64,000 nucleotides of DNA, from assembly GCA_003194435.1 (NCBI GenBank), contig PQXC01000005.1, positions 30,110 to 94,109 of the forward strand, given 5' to 3'. A model generated the notes under the pieces. It was not told the origin of the DNA. It searched no databases and saw only the letters and a program-made list of their open reading frames with translations. The translations under genes were made by a program, and so were the position numbers. Position 1 is the first letter of the stretch, and every line of letters begins with the position of its first letter. Of the stretch, positions 17,179 through 27,322 are shown in pieces. This DNA comes from Candidatus Methanophagaceae archaeon. GTDB lineage: Archaea > Halobacteriota > Syntropharchaeia > Alkanophagales > Methanospirareceae.

Positions 17179-18120
17179 TTATCTCCCCATCTCAAGTTTG
17201 AACCACCTTATTGTCTCTTCTAAACCCCGTTCTAAACTGTATTCAGGCTTATAGCCCATGTCCGCTCTTGCTCGTGATATATCTGCAAGGGAGTGCCTCA
17301 CATCTCCCTTCCTCGGCTTATCAAAGACCGGTTCCACATCCCGGTCCCTGCCTGTTAATCTCGTTATGAGCGTAGCAAGTTCCTGTATGCTTATCCTTCT
17401 ACCCGAAGCGATATTATAAACGCCTGTTGCATCGCTCTTCATAGCAAGAATATTCGCATTCACTACATCCTTAACGAAAGTGAAGTCCCTGGTCTGTTGA
17501 CCATCGCCATAGATAATCGGGGGCTCTCCTTTCAGTATCCTGGACACAAACCTGGGAATGACCGCTGCATATTCCGAGTGAGGGTCCTGTCTGGGTCCAT
17601 AAACATTGAAATAACGCAGTGAAATGGTATTCAAGCCGTAGACATCATTAAAGACTTTACAGTAGTACTCACCCACAAGCTTCGTCACTGCATAGGGTGA
17701 TAGCGGGTTTGGTGTCATTCCTTCACGTTTCGGTAATTCAGGCGTATCTCCATAGACAGAGCTCGAAGAAGCATAAATCACCTTCTTCACGCCTGCATCC
17801 CTCGCCGCCATAAGTACATTCAATGTTCCCCTTATGTTCACCTCGTTTGTATGCGCAGGGTCTTCTATGCTTCGCTGGACACTCGGTAGCGCTGCTTGAT
17901 GGAATACGAAATCAGCATCAGCTAAAACCTCGTTCATTAGCTGTAAATCTGTTATACTGCCTTTGATGAACTCTATACCACTTGCAATTGGAATGTTCTC
18001 TACTCTACCTGTTGATAAATCGTCCACCACACAAACCTCGTTATTCGGTGCAAGTGCAAGCACCTCTGCCAGATTCGAGCCTATAAATCCCGCGCCTCCT
18101 GTTATGACTATTCTCATCAT
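17179..18120 (-). CDS. NAD-dependent sugar-nucleotide epimerase/dehydratase (SDR, UDP-sugar 4-epimerase-like)
   Basis: 313 aa. Shows 'ITGGAGFIGSNL', 'YASSSSVYG', 'SPYAVTKLVGE' (YxxxK) and 'RYFNVYGPRQ'. Confidence 0.8.
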   Translation of the reverse strand: MMRIVITGGAGFIGSNLAEVLALAPNNEVCVVDDLSTGRVENIPIASGIEFIKGSITDLQLMNEVLADADFVFHQAALPSVQRSIEDPAHTNEVNIRGTLNVLMAARDAGVKKVIYASSSSVYGDTPELPKREGMTPNPLSPYAVTKLVGEYYCKVFNDVYGLNTISLRYFNVYGPRQDPHSEYAAVIPRFVSRILKGEPPIIYGDGQQTRDFTFVKDVVNANILAMKSDATGVYNIASGRRISIQELATLITRLTGRDRDVEPVFDKPRKGDVRHSLADISRARADMGYKPEYSLERGLEETIRWFKLEMGR

Positions 18121-18169
18121 CCATCTGGATATGGATTATAGATATAAGATAATAAGATTTTATTCCCGT

Positions 18170-18715
18170 TCAGCCTCTTTTCCGCAGGCGAGGTACCAGA
18201 AAAGGTGTGCTTCGCTTGTACTCCAGGTATTTCGATCCGAATCGCATCTCTAACTCTCTTTCTTCGATGAGCTTGATATATGCCCCAAACAAAGCAGCAA
18301 AGAGTAACACTAACCCAACTGCGGAAAGTGATCCAATCCATATGCCGATGCCCAAATAGGCGAGAACGTTCCCTAAAGTCATTGGATTACGGCAATAAGC
18401 GTATGGTCCTTGCACAACCAGTTGCTGTGTTGCCATCAGTGGCGAGGGAGTTCCACAGCCCAGCGCAAACTGAACTTGAATGGACCACAGGGCAAAGAAC
18501 CAGCCCGGCACGATCAATAACAGGCTGAGGAGAGGATTCACCAGCCCGTGGACAAACCTTGGCAACTGCAACCATTGGTCGAGAAAGTGTGATATCATAG
18601 CGAGAAAGAACGGGATTACAATCACAAACAGTATGCTCTCAAAAATCAGCGCGATGATTCGCCGTTTGGCACTGTATTCACGTTCAGCCCATTTCTGGAA
18701 TCTTTTTAGTTCCAT
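18170..18715 (-). CDS. ICMT/PEMT-family membrane methyltransferase
   Basis: The start is taken at the internal Met 'MELKRF' (cat at 18713-18715), which avoids overlap with aglB. 'LVVQGPYAYCRNPMTLGNVLAYLG...ERELEMRFGSKYLEYKRSTP' is typical of isoprenylcysteine/phospholipid methyltransferases. Confidence 0.7.
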   Translation of the reverse strand: MELKRFQKWAEREYSAKRRIIALIFESILFVIVIPFFLAMISHFLDQWLQLPRFVHGLVNPLLSLLLIVPGWFFALWSIQVQFALGCGTPSPLMATQQLVVQGPYAYCRNPMTLGNVLAYLGIGIWIGSLSAVGLVLLFAALFGAYIKLIEERELEMRFGSKYLEYKRSTPFLVPRLRKRG

Positions 18716-18792
18716 TTTTACACCTTCATTACATCTTATATGGTAGGATAAAAGCAAATGCGAGGAGTGGGCGAAGAATATTATCGAGTAAT

Positions 18793-21513
18793 TCAAAAAT
18801 CAACCCTTACTGTCTTTCCTTGTATCACCTCTTCTTCCGTTATCTTCACTTCTTTCTCCATGTCCCACACTATCGTTTTGTTCTCTACATGCCCTGCTTT
18901 TATCTTATACGGGGTTGCAAAGACATCGAAATTCGTGCCTCCTTCTATCGTGCCTTCCGTTGAATATGGCACGATAAACTCATAGGAGCCATTACTCTTA
19001 TTTACTATTTTTCTTTGTGAGTATGTGAAGCCCCTGCCCCTGTTTGTAGTTACATCAGTCGTTATTGCAACTACCGATGCGTTATGCACTCTACCTTCTA
19101 TTCTCGCTCCTTTTACGTATTCAAAAACCTTTACCGAGCTCAGGGGAGAGATGAACGAAGGAGTCCACTGAATCCTATCCTTATCAATCTTAATTTTATG
19201 ATGAAGTTTCTGTACAGTATTATTTGCGCTCGTATAATTCGCTCTGCGGTAGTAATGCCACCCCTCTACCTTCTTCGTCACGGTATTCTGAACAACGTAT
19301 GGGATAATATAAGAAGAAGATTCGTATACCAATCTGTAATGATGTAACGGATCTGTGTGAAAAGGTGTAATTGGGATAGAAGACTGTACTTCGAGATCCT
19401 CTCCCTCTCGTTCCACTTCTCTCCCATCGAAGATGTGTAGTCTTGTCACCATCGTATTGAAGTAGTTCTCATCCGGAACAAAGCCGATCCCTGTATCTCT
19501 ATCTCCTTCACGATCAGATTTTGCCCACATGATTATACCCCTGTATTTGTTACCAGAGAAACCCATCGCATCAGCCATCATGTAGTCCGTTATCACGTAT
19601 CTAACATCAAGAGCATCGGCAACTTTATTCGCTTCTGATTCATTTATCGCAGCGAAGAAAGTACATGCACCCGGGCTATTGTCCTGATACGGTCCCCCAA
19701 TCCCCTGCTGGAAATTATTAGCGACAGGAATCCGGTGAGCGATGTAAGTGATCCAGTTACCGTAGTCCCACCAGTTCATTACAGAATAGGCAGATTCAGG
19801 GTAGTTATAAGTCGCATCTTCGGGCGGTGTTTCATACAGCGCATAATAATCAACGCCGGTATCAGGTGTATTCGCCCGCATCCAGGTTAGAGACTCATAC
19901 CAGTCTTGGTCAGGACCCTGATTATACTTTGCTGCCATTGTCAGAGAATTCATTAGCGGGAGAGCGAAGAAAGAGAAGAAGATAACGAAGTAAATTGCGA
20001 TGGCATCGGCACGTAAAAACCTGCTCATACTATTCGCTCTATTCGCTCGCTCTTTATTTGATTTCAACCGCTTCGTCGTCTTCTTGCTTCTGCTTCTGCT
20101 CCTTTTACCCTTTATCACATTCTCATGGTATCCACTTTCCTCCTGCTTGAGGACTGCAAATTCTATAAACCGATAAGAGAGGTATCCACAGAGGATGGCA
20201 ACATTGATTGCGTAATATGCAGCAAAGCGTTTCTGCCCGAAACATGCGAGAAGAATTGTAAGACTCCACACGATGAGAAGAATCTCTTCTGCTTTCCATT
20301 CCTTCGTGATATTATAACAGATGAGTGCTATAGCAGCGAAAGCGAAGAAGAAAGCAGTGGTGAACCAGGCAATGATCTCACTCCATTGCAGTGGTTGAAC
20401 CTCGCCTATGGTCAAAAAAGTTTTTGACGGTGCAAACACGTATAGTAGTGGCATGGTTAGCATAGAGTATAAAGATGGCTTAAAGACACGTAAAACAAGA
20501 AGGGATATAGTAATGATGGCTATAATTGCAACAGGAAATGCAGCAGGGTGTATTCTTTTTCTGTTCAATAAATGAGAGAACATACGTAAAACGAGAAGGA
20601 GAGAGATGCCGAGGATAAGGATTATGACATGGAATGGAGAAAGGAATCCATAAGAGAATACAGGTATGGCTATCATAGCTGCTGGAATGACAAATACTGG
20701 CATGCTGATGATGAAAAGGGGATCACTATCCTCTCCCCTGAGATGATTGATAATATACTGAATCAATATGTAGACAAGCAGAATAAGAACAAAGAGGGGA
20801 GCACCCATCCATGTGAGGAGATAGCATCCGAAACAAATACCAGCTAAAGAGGAATAAGTGAGTGGTGCTCGTAAAGAACCCCAGTTTCTGGTTAAAATCG
20901 AATGCACAGTTATTTCTTTTTGTTTTTGTACGCTCTTCCCATTCCAATTCCTTAGAGCGAGGATAAAGAGAAGCATGACAAGTGTGCTGAGAAGGGTCTC
21001 CATGGCATGGTGATCGGTATATCCTAAGAGAGAACGTGATAGGAACTGACCGGGGAGGATAGCGATTAAAGCAGCAGAAAGAAGTCCGGTACCACGGTTA
21101 TATATCTCCTTTCCGATGAGATACACAGGAAAGATAGTGAGAACACCCAGAATTGCAGGATACCACGCACCTATCACTTCTATTCCATGCTGACCCAGTG
21201 AGGAAAGAGGGGCTCCAAGCCCTATTAGCCATATGAGAGAAGCAAGCGAGAGGTCGAAGAGAGGAGTACCAAAAGGGTTGTATGCGCCATGTGGATAAGC
21301 AGTGAAAGGATCAAAGTAGATACGAAAAGGGAAGTGATGCAGTGTGTTTTCAACAAGCCGCATGTTATACCAGGGATCAGCACCATCAAATCTCACGAAC
21401 GAGCCAGTAAAAACGGTATTATATGGGATAACAACGCGGATATAGAGCGACAGGAAGAATAAGAAAGTCAATACAAAGCCACAGAGCATGGAGGTCTTTT
21501 CAATCCTTCTCAT
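18793..21513 (-). CDS. aglB: Archaeal oligosaccharyltransferase (STT3 family)
   Basis: 906 aa with a polytopic N-terminal half. Has a 'WWDYGNWI' (WWDYG) motif and a large C-terminal soluble domain. Confidence 0.85.
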   Translation of the reverse strand: MRRIEKTSMLCGFVLTFLFFLSLYIRVVIPYNTVFTGSFVRFDGADPWYNMRLVENTLHHFPFRIYFDPFTAYPHGAYNPFGTPLFDLSLASLIWLIGLGAPLSSLGQHGIEVIGAWYPAILGVLTIFPVYLIGKEIYNRGTGLLSAALIAILPGQFLSRSLLGYTDHHAMETLLSTLVMLLFILALRNWNGKSVQKQKEITVHSILTRNWGSLRAPLTYSSLAGICFGCYLLTWMGAPLFVLILLVYILIQYIINHLRGEDSDPLFIISMPVFVIPAAMIAIPVFSYGFLSPFHVIILILGISLLLVLRMFSHLLNRKRIHPAAFPVAIIAIITISLLVLRVFKPSLYSMLTMPLLYVFAPSKTFLTIGEVQPLQWSEIIAWFTTAFFFAFAAIALICYNITKEWKAEEILLIVWSLTILLACFGQKRFAAYYAINVAILCGYLSYRFIEFAVLKQEESGYHENVIKGKRSRSRSKKTTKRLKSNKERANRANSMSRFLRADAIAIYFVIFFSFFALPLMNSLTMAAKYNQGPDQDWYESLTWMRANTPDTGVDYYALYETPPEDATYNYPESAYSVMNWWDYGNWITYIAHRIPVANNFQQGIGGPYQDNSPGACTFFAAINESEANKVADALDVRYVITDYMMADAMGFSGNKYRGIIMWAKSDREGDRDTGIGFVPDENYFNTMVTRLHIFDGREVEREGEDLEVQSSIPITPFHTDPLHHYRLVYESSSYIIPYVVQNTVTKKVEGWHYYRRANYTSANNTVQKLHHKIKIDKDRIQWTPSFISPLSSVKVFEYVKGARIEGRVHNASVVAITTDVTTNRGRGFTYSQRKIVNKSNGSYEFIVPYSTEGTIEGGTNFDVFATPYKIKAGHVENKTIVWDMEKEVKITEEEVIQGKTVRVDF

Positions 21514-21596
21514 CCCTATCCACCATCTCTATTTACATTACACATCACATTCCGATCTATATAAAAGTTTTTGTATCCTCTCTCAATCTTAAAATA

Positions 21597-22727
21597 ATGC
21601 CAGAAGTATCGGTGGTAATCCCCTCGATGAATGAGGAAGCTACGATCGGGCGCTGTATTAATGATGTGAGGAGGGCACTTGCTCCAAAACAGATTGAATA
21701 TGAGATCATCATTGCAGATAACTCGACAGATAAAACGGCAGAGATAGCAAGATCCCTGGGGGCGATTGTTATAAAACCAGAGAAGATGGGATACGGCAAT
21801 GCATATCTTGCTGGACTTTCACGTGCCAGAGGCGATTTTATAGTTATCGCTGATTCGGATGGCACTTATGATCTATCGTTGATACCGCAATTTTTAGAGC
21901 CTTTAAAAGAAGGGGTAGCCGATTTCATCATAGGCAACCGATTTGGTGGCACTATATTGAAGGGAGCGATGCCGTGGCATCATCGCTATATTGGCAATCC
22001 GCTTTTAACAAAGATATTGAACTGGCTATTTAAGATCAGGGTATCAGATGCTCATTGTGGGATGCGCGCATTCACAAGAGAAGCATACGAGAAGATGAAT
22101 TTAAAGGCGGGCGGTATGGAATTTGCTTCCGAAATGATTATAGAAGCAGCGAGGAAGAATTTGAGGATAAAAGAAGTCCCGATAACATATTATCCGAGAA
22201 TTTTACCTTCTAAACTTCATTCATTCAGCGATGGCTGGCGGCATCTGAGGTTCATGATGCTTTATAAGCCCATTCCATTCCTTTTTGTCCCCGGGGTGGT
22301 AGTATTCCTGCTTGGTCTACTGTTAAGTCTGACAATCCTTCTGCGAGGAAATGCAGAGACGTCTCACATGCACTCCCTCATCTTTGGCAGCATACTTGTC
22401 ATCATCGGCTTTCAGACGTTGGCAACGGGGATATATATGAAGGCATATGCAGCGGTGCACGGGTTGTGCGAGAAAGAAGGTTTCATAAAAAAGTTGCTGG
22501 ACTACCACTCGCTGGAGAAGGAGCTTATTATCGGCGCTGCATTGTTGCTGATTGGGGTTGCCATAGGGTTGAAAGTGGTGCTTACGTGGATAAACATTGG
22601 ATTCGGTTCGCTATCAGAAGTAGAAAGCGCGGTTATAGCAATGGTGCTTGCGGCAACAGGCATACAGACGATATTCATGGCGATATTTTTAAGTGTGTTA
22701 TTGCTGGAGGAGGGGGGATGTCAGTGA
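21597..22727 (+). CDS. GT2 glycosyltransferase with C-terminal TM segments (dolichyl-phosphate hexosyltransferase-like)
   Basis: 376 aa. Shows 'VSVVIPSMNEEATI', 'ADNSTDKT' and 'ADSDGTYD', plus 4 C-terminal TM helices. Confidence 0.8.
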   Translation: MPEVSVVIPSMNEEATIGRCINDVRRALAPKQIEYEIIIADNSTDKTAEIARSLGAIVIKPEKMGYGNAYLAGLSRARGDFIVIADSDGTYDLSLIPQFLEPLKEGVADFIIGNRFGGTILKGAMPWHHRYIGNPLLTKILNWLFKIRVSDAHCGMRAFTREAYEKMNLKAGGMEFASEMIIEAARKNLRIKEVPITYYPRILPSKLHSFSDGWRHLRFMMLYKPIPFLFVPGVVVFLLGLLLSLTILLRGNAETSHMHSLIFGSILVIIGFQTLATGIYMKAYAAVHGLCEKEGFIKKLLDYHSLEKELIIGAALLLIGVAIGLKVVLTWINIGFGSLSEVESAVIAMVLAATGIQTIFMAIFLSVLLLEEGGCQ

Positions 22728-23272
22728 TGAAAATCGCATACGTTTACGACGCCGTCTATCCCTAGATAAAAGGCGGCGATGAGAAGCGAATCCATGAGAT
22801 TTCAAAAAGGTTAGTTGAATGTGGGCATGAAGTTCATTGGTTTGGAATAAAGTGGTGGGAGGGCGAAAGCACAATACAACAGAACGGCGTTTATCTGCAT
22901 GGCGTTTGCGAGCCAAAGGAACTGTATGTTGACAGGAGAAGGTCAATTCCTGAGGAAAAAGTAAGCAGCGAAGAGCTTGAGGAAATTATAGGTATAGCAA
23001 AGGAGATAGAAAGTATCGATAAATTAGTTTCAATCCTCATACCCACAAAGAACAACGGATATATACTTGAGAAAAGCCTTGCATCAATTCAGAATCAGGA
23101 CTATCCAAAGGACAGATACGAAGTAATCATCGTGGATGGTCATTCTACCGATGATACCGTAGAAATAGCAGAAAAATACGGATGCAAGGTTGTGTATAAA
23201 TGCGTTGGTGCGGTTTTATCTTTTGTTTGTTGTACAAGGTTTAACTGGAGAGGAGTATTATTTATTTTTTAG
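22727..23272 (+). pseudogene. Chimeric pseudogene: duplicated 5' end of the GT4 gene (with a premature TAG) fused to a GT2 N-terminal fragment
   Basis: 22727-22947 is ~90% identical to 24039-24259. Codon 13 is TAG where the intact copy has TGG (Trp). The same frame continues into '...VSILIPTKNNGYILEKSLASIQNQDYPKDRYEVIIVDGHSTDDTVEIAEKYGCKVVY', a GT2 N-terminus, and then ends. Confidence 0.7.
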
Positions 23273-23296
23273 TAAAAGTAGTTAAAAAGATAGGGG

Positions 23297-23566
23297 ATGA
23301 CGGAAATGGAAAAAATTTCAATAGATGTGCCGAAAGACCTCATACATATACTAAAGGTGAGAGAAAGGGAATTACCAAAGGTGTTGAGAGAAATAATAGC
23401 TGTTAATCTTTACAAAGAAGGTCTTATCTCGCTTGGAAAAGCATCAGAGATTGCAGGGGTTTCGAGATGGGAGATGTTTGATATACTGGCAGCAAAGAAA
23501 ATACCGTTGCAGTATTATCCTGAAGACCTTGAAGAAGACATTGAGACGCTGAAAAAGATGCTATGA
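23297..23566 (+). CDS. UPF0175-family antitoxin
   Basis: 89 aa. 'AVNLYKEGLISLGKASEIAGVSRWEMFDILAAKKIP' matches the UPF0175 pattern. The gene overlaps the downstream PIN-like gene by 4 nt. Confidence 0.7.
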   Translation: MTEMEKISIDVPKDLIHILKVRERELPKVLREIIAVNLYKEGLISLGKASEIAGVSRWEMFDILAAKKIPLQYYPEDLEEDIETLKKML

Positions 23567-24042
23567 TCGTTGTTTCCGATTCCGGCCCTTTGATAGCCTT
23601 GTCAAGATTGGGCATGCTGCCCATATTACAAGAGCTCTTTGGTGAAATAGTAATACCAGAAGAAGTAAGGAAGGAGGTTGTGGAGAAAGGTAAAGGAAAA
23701 CCTGGATCTGATATTATCGAAAAGGCGAAATGGGTTGAAGTTGAGGGAATCAAGGATTTAAGCGTGGATATTTTGTCAAAGGAGATTGAGAGAGGCGAGG
23801 CAGAAGCTATAGTCCTCGCAAAAAAGCTCAACGCGGATTTATTACTTCTTGATGAAAAGATACCGAGGGAGATAGCTAAATCGCTTGGATTGCAAGTTGC
23901 CGGAACAATTGCATTGATTTATGAGGCTTTAAAGCGAGGGGTTGCACAAGGTGACCTTGAAGAAATTGTCCTGGAGATGAAAAGAAGAGGAGTATGGATA
24001 AGCGAAGAAATCGTAAGAGAAGTAAAGAGGCTGAAAGAATGA
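23563..24042 (+). CDS. DUF3368-type PIN-like nuclease toxin
   Basis: 159 aa. Shows 'MIVVSDSGPLIALSRLGMLPILQELFGEIVIPEEV...GEAEAIVLAKKLNADLLLLDE'. Confidence 0.7.
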   Translation: MIVVSDSGPLIALSRLGMLPILQELFGEIVIPEEVRKEVVEKGKGKPGSDIIEKAKWVEVEGIKDLSVDILSKEIERGEAEAIVLAKKLNADLLLLDEKIPREIAKSLGLQVAGTIALIYEALKRGVAQGDLEEIVLEMKRRGVWISEEIVREVKRLKE

Positions 24043-25166
24043 AAATTGCATACGTTTACGACGCCGTCTATCCATGGATAAAAGGCGGTGGCGAGAAGCG
24101 AATCCATGAGATTTCAAAAAGGTTAGTTGAATGTGGGCACGAAGTTCATTGGTTTGGAATAAAGTGGTGGGAGGGCGAAAGCACAATACAACAGAACGGC
24201 GTTTATCTGCATGGCGTTTGCGAGCCGAGAGAATTGTACGTGGGCGGAAGAAGGTCAATAAAAGAATCATTATATTTTACAGGGAAGCTTCTTATTCCTC
24301 TAATAAGGGAAGATTTTGATGTCATAGATTGTCAGGCGTTTCCATATCTCCCATCTTTTTCTGCAAAGATTTGCTCTTCTTTGAAGCGAACTCCTCTGGT
24401 AATTACATGGCATGAAGTCTGGGATGATTACTGGTATGAGTATTTAGGTAAGAGAGGAATATGTGGGAAATGGGTTGAGAGAATGACCACTCATTTAACA
24501 GATGAAATGGTGGCGGTTTCGGAGAGAACGAAGAAGGATCTGGAAAGAGTTGGAGTGAGAAAAAGGATTAAAGTAATACCAAATGGTATAGATTTCAGGA
24601 GAATAGAGAGTATAGACGCGTCAGACGAAGAAATTGATGTTATATTTGCAGGGAGATTAATCAAGGATAAGAATGTGGACGTTTTGATTGGGGCGGTGGA
24701 ACAGGTGAAGGTACAAATTCCCGATGTCCGGTGCATGATTATTGGAGATGGACCAGAAAAAGGTAGATTAGAGAATTTGGCTAAGGATTTGGAATTAGAG
24801 GACAATATTAACTTTATGGGATTCCTGGAAGATTATACAGAAGTCATTTCGTATATGAAATCATCAAGGGTATTTGTTTTGCCTTCGACAAGAGAAGGTT
24901 TTGGTATTGTAGCGCTGGAAGCGAATGCGTGTGGGTTGCCTGTTATTACAGTGAGTCATAAGAGGAATGCAACATGTGACCTCATAACAAATGGTGTGAA
25001 TGGGTTTATATGTGAGCTAACAGTAGAGAGTATTGCAGAAAGGATATTTATGGGGCTGGCTGAAAAAGAGCGTATGGCACGAAGATGTATTGAAAACGCG
25101 AGCAGGTATGACTGGAACAAAATAGCAAATTTAACCGAAGCTACTTATGGTGAGATAATGAGATAA
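24039..25166 (+). CDS. GT4 glycosyltransferase
   Basis: The start is the ATG at 24039, which overlaps the PIN stop (ATGA). The C-terminal half has 'VFVLPSTREGFGIVALEANACGLPVI' (E-x7-E). Confidence 0.85.
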   Translation: MKIAYVYDAVYPWIKGGGEKRIHEISKRLVECGHEVHWFGIKWWEGESTIQQNGVYLHGVCEPRELYVGGRRSIKESLYFTGKLLIPLIREDFDVIDCQAFPYLPSFSAKICSSLKRTPLVITWHEVWDDYWYEYLGKRGICGKWVERMTTHLTDEMVAVSERTKKDLERVGVRKRIKVIPNGIDFRRIESIDASDEEIDVIFAGRLIKDKNVDVLIGAVEQVKVQIPDVRCMIIGDGPEKGRLENLAKDLELEDNINFMGFLEDYTEVISYMKSSRVFVLPSTREGFGIVALEANACGLPVITVSHKRNATCDLITNGVNGFICELTVESIAERIFMGLAEKERMARRCIENASRYDWNKIANLTEATYGEIMR

Positions 25167-25235
25167 TTACTGACTACTCTAACTCTAATAGTAAGAATAG
25201 TAAGGCAAGAATGAAAGAAGAGGTGTAGAAATGAA

Positions 25236-26300
25236 ATGAAGGGGTTAATACTATCTGGTGGTTATGGCACAAGACTACGCCCGATTACATACTCACAGCA
25301 AAAGCAGTTAATCCCTGTTGCAAACAAGCCGATACTATTTTATGCTATTGAAGACGTAATCGAAGCGGGTGTTAAGGAAATAGGAATCATTGTGGGACCA
25401 AACAAAGAACAGGTCATAGAAACTGTAAAATCAGAAAACTGGGATGTGGATGCAGGTGCAGAGATAGAATTTATTTATCAGGGCGAACCAAAGGGATTAG
25501 CACATACCATTCTTGTTGCGGAAGATTTTTTAGATGACGAATTTGTTATGTATTTGGGGGATAACATCTTGAGAGAGGGGATTGTAGAACACGCTAAGAA
25601 GTTTAAAGGGAACAATTATGATGCGAGTATAATGCTTACAGAGGTTGAGAATCCACAACAATTCGGAGTTGCAGATATTAACGAAGATGGTACAATAAAA
25701 AGACTCGTTGAGAAACCCAAAGTTCCACCAGGCAATCTCGCTCTGGTTGGTATTTACTTCTTCAAACCTGTTATACTGGAAGCCTGTAAGCATATAAAAC
25801 CCTCATGGCGAAATGAGCTTGAGATTACTGATGCAATTCAGTGGCTGATTGATAACGGATACGAGGTGGGCTGGACAAAGGTACAGGGTTGGTGGAAGGA
25901 TACAGGGAAACCCGAAGATATTCTGGAAGCTAACAGGTTGATTTTAGATGATATCAAAACGAAAAACGAAGGTACTGCGGAAAGCTCAAAAATAATAGGA
26001 AGAGCTATCATCGAGAAAGGGGTAGAGATAAAAAACAGCATTGTTAAAGGGCCATCCCTGATTGGATGTGATTGCATGATAAGAAATTCTTACATAGGAC
26101 CTTACACGAGTATTGGAAAGGAATGTATAATAGAAGATACAGAGATCGAGGATTCAATAGTGATGGAGAAATCGGAAATAATAGGAGGAGGGAGAATCAT
26201 TGAGAGTTTGATAGGGAAGGAAGTGAAGATAAAAAGGAAATCGGATTTGCCAAATGGCAGGAAACTAATTGTGGGTGACCACTCAGAGATAGTAGGATGA
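25236..26300 (+). CDS. rfbA: Glucose-1-phosphate thymidylyltransferase (long form with a left-handed beta-helix C-terminus)
   Basis: 354 aa. Shows 'KGLILSGGYGTRLRPITYSQQKQLIPVANKP' and 'GEPKGLAHT', with hexapeptide repeats at the C-terminus. Confidence 0.85.
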   Translation: MKGLILSGGYGTRLRPITYSQQKQLIPVANKPILFYAIEDVIEAGVKEIGIIVGPNKEQVIETVKSENWDVDAGAEIEFIYQGEPKGLAHTILVAEDFLDDEFVMYLGDNILREGIVEHAKKFKGNNYDASIMLTEVENPQQFGVADINEDGTIKRLVEKPKVPPGNLALVGIYFFKPVILEACKHIKPSWRNELEITDAIQWLIDNGYEVGWTKVQGWWKDTGKPEDILEANRLILDDIKTKNEGTAESSKIIGRAIIEKGVEIKNSIVKGPSLIGCDCMIRNSYIGPYTSIGKECIIEDTEIEDSIVMEKSEIIGGGRIIESLIGKEVKIKRKSDLPNGRKLIVGDHSEIVG

Positions 26301-27298
26301 GAAAAATGAAGATACTTGTAACTGGTGGATTGGGGTTCATAGGAAGCAATTTTGTAAGGCATATGGCAGATAAAGATAAAGCGGAAATGGAAATTATTGT
26401 AGTTGATGCGTTAAGATATGGCTCTAACGAGAACAATTTAAAAGATCTGGAATACGAATACAAATTTGTCAGGGGTAATATTTGCGATTATGAGCTAATG
26501 TGTGAGCTTGTTAAGAACGTTGATGCAATAGTGAACTTTGCCGCGGAGACGCATGTTGATAGAAGCATATCAAATCCTTATGCGTTTGTTGAGAGCAATG
26601 TAAAGGGCACCTGCACAGTACTTGAGGCGATACGGAGGGTTAATCAGGAGGCAAAACTTGTTCATGTAAGCACGGATGAGGTATACGGAGATATCGAGAA
26701 AGGTTCTTTCAAAGAGGATGATATGTTAAAGCCTTCTTCTCCGTATTCAGCAAGCAAAGCCTCTGCTGACTTGTTTGTTCTGGCTTATGTTAGAACTTAT
26801 GGACTGAATGCTGTGATTACGAGATGCACGAATAACTATGGTATGTATCAATTTCCGGAGAAGTTAATTCCAAAGACAATAATCAGGGCTAAGCAGGGCA
26901 TGAAGATACCGGTTTATGGGACAGGGAAGAACGTAAGGGACTGGATTTACGTTAAGGACCACTGTGAGGCGATAAATATTATTTTAGAGAAGGGAAATAG
27001 AGGAGAAATCTATAATATCTCAAGTGGTGATGAGAGAAGCAATCTGGAGGTTGTCACTGAAATCCTGGACTCATTAGGAAAAGAAGATTTAATAGAGTTT
27101 GTAGAAGACAGACCTGGGCATGACATCAGGTATAGCCTTGATTCTTCCAAAGTCAGGGAATTAGGTTGGAAGTGCAGGCACAAGTTTGAGGAAGGGTTAA
27201 AAGAGACAATCGAATGGTACTTGAAGAATGAGGAGTGGTGGAAGCCGTTGATTGATGAAAAGATTCTGCATCCAACACCCTGGAAATTGGAATGGTAA
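26297..27298 (+). CDS. rfbB: dTDP-glucose 4,6-dehydratase
   Basis: 333 aa. Shows 'ILVTGGLGFIGSNF', 'VSTDEVYG', 'SPYSASKASAD' and 'TRCTNNYG'. Confidence 0.9.
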   Translation: MRKMKILVTGGLGFIGSNFVRHMADKDKAEMEIIVVDALRYGSNENNLKDLEYEYKFVRGNICDYELMCELVKNVDAIVNFAAETHVDRSISNPYAFVESNVKGTCTVLEAIRRVNQEAKLVHVSTDEVYGDIEKGSFKEDDMLKPSSPYSASKASADLFVLAYVRTYGLNAVITRCTNNYGMYQFPEKLIPKTIIRAKQGMKIPVYGTGKNVRDWIYVKDHCEAINIILEKGNRGEIYNISSGDERSNLEVVTEILDSLGKEDLIEFVEDRPGHDIRYSLDSSKVRELGWKCRHKFEEGLKETIEWYLKNEEWWKPLIDEKILHPTPWKLEW

Positions 27299-27322
27299 AG
27301 AGCAAGGGGGGAAGGGAATAGT

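Noticed and set aside
22763-22765. An in-frame TAG in the GT4-like reading frame. Could it be pyrrolysine or read-through?
   Set aside because: The intact paralogue has TGG (Trp) at the same codon. The rest of this copy is a truncated chimera, so a nonsense mutation in a pseudogene is the simpler reading. No pyl genes are in the window.
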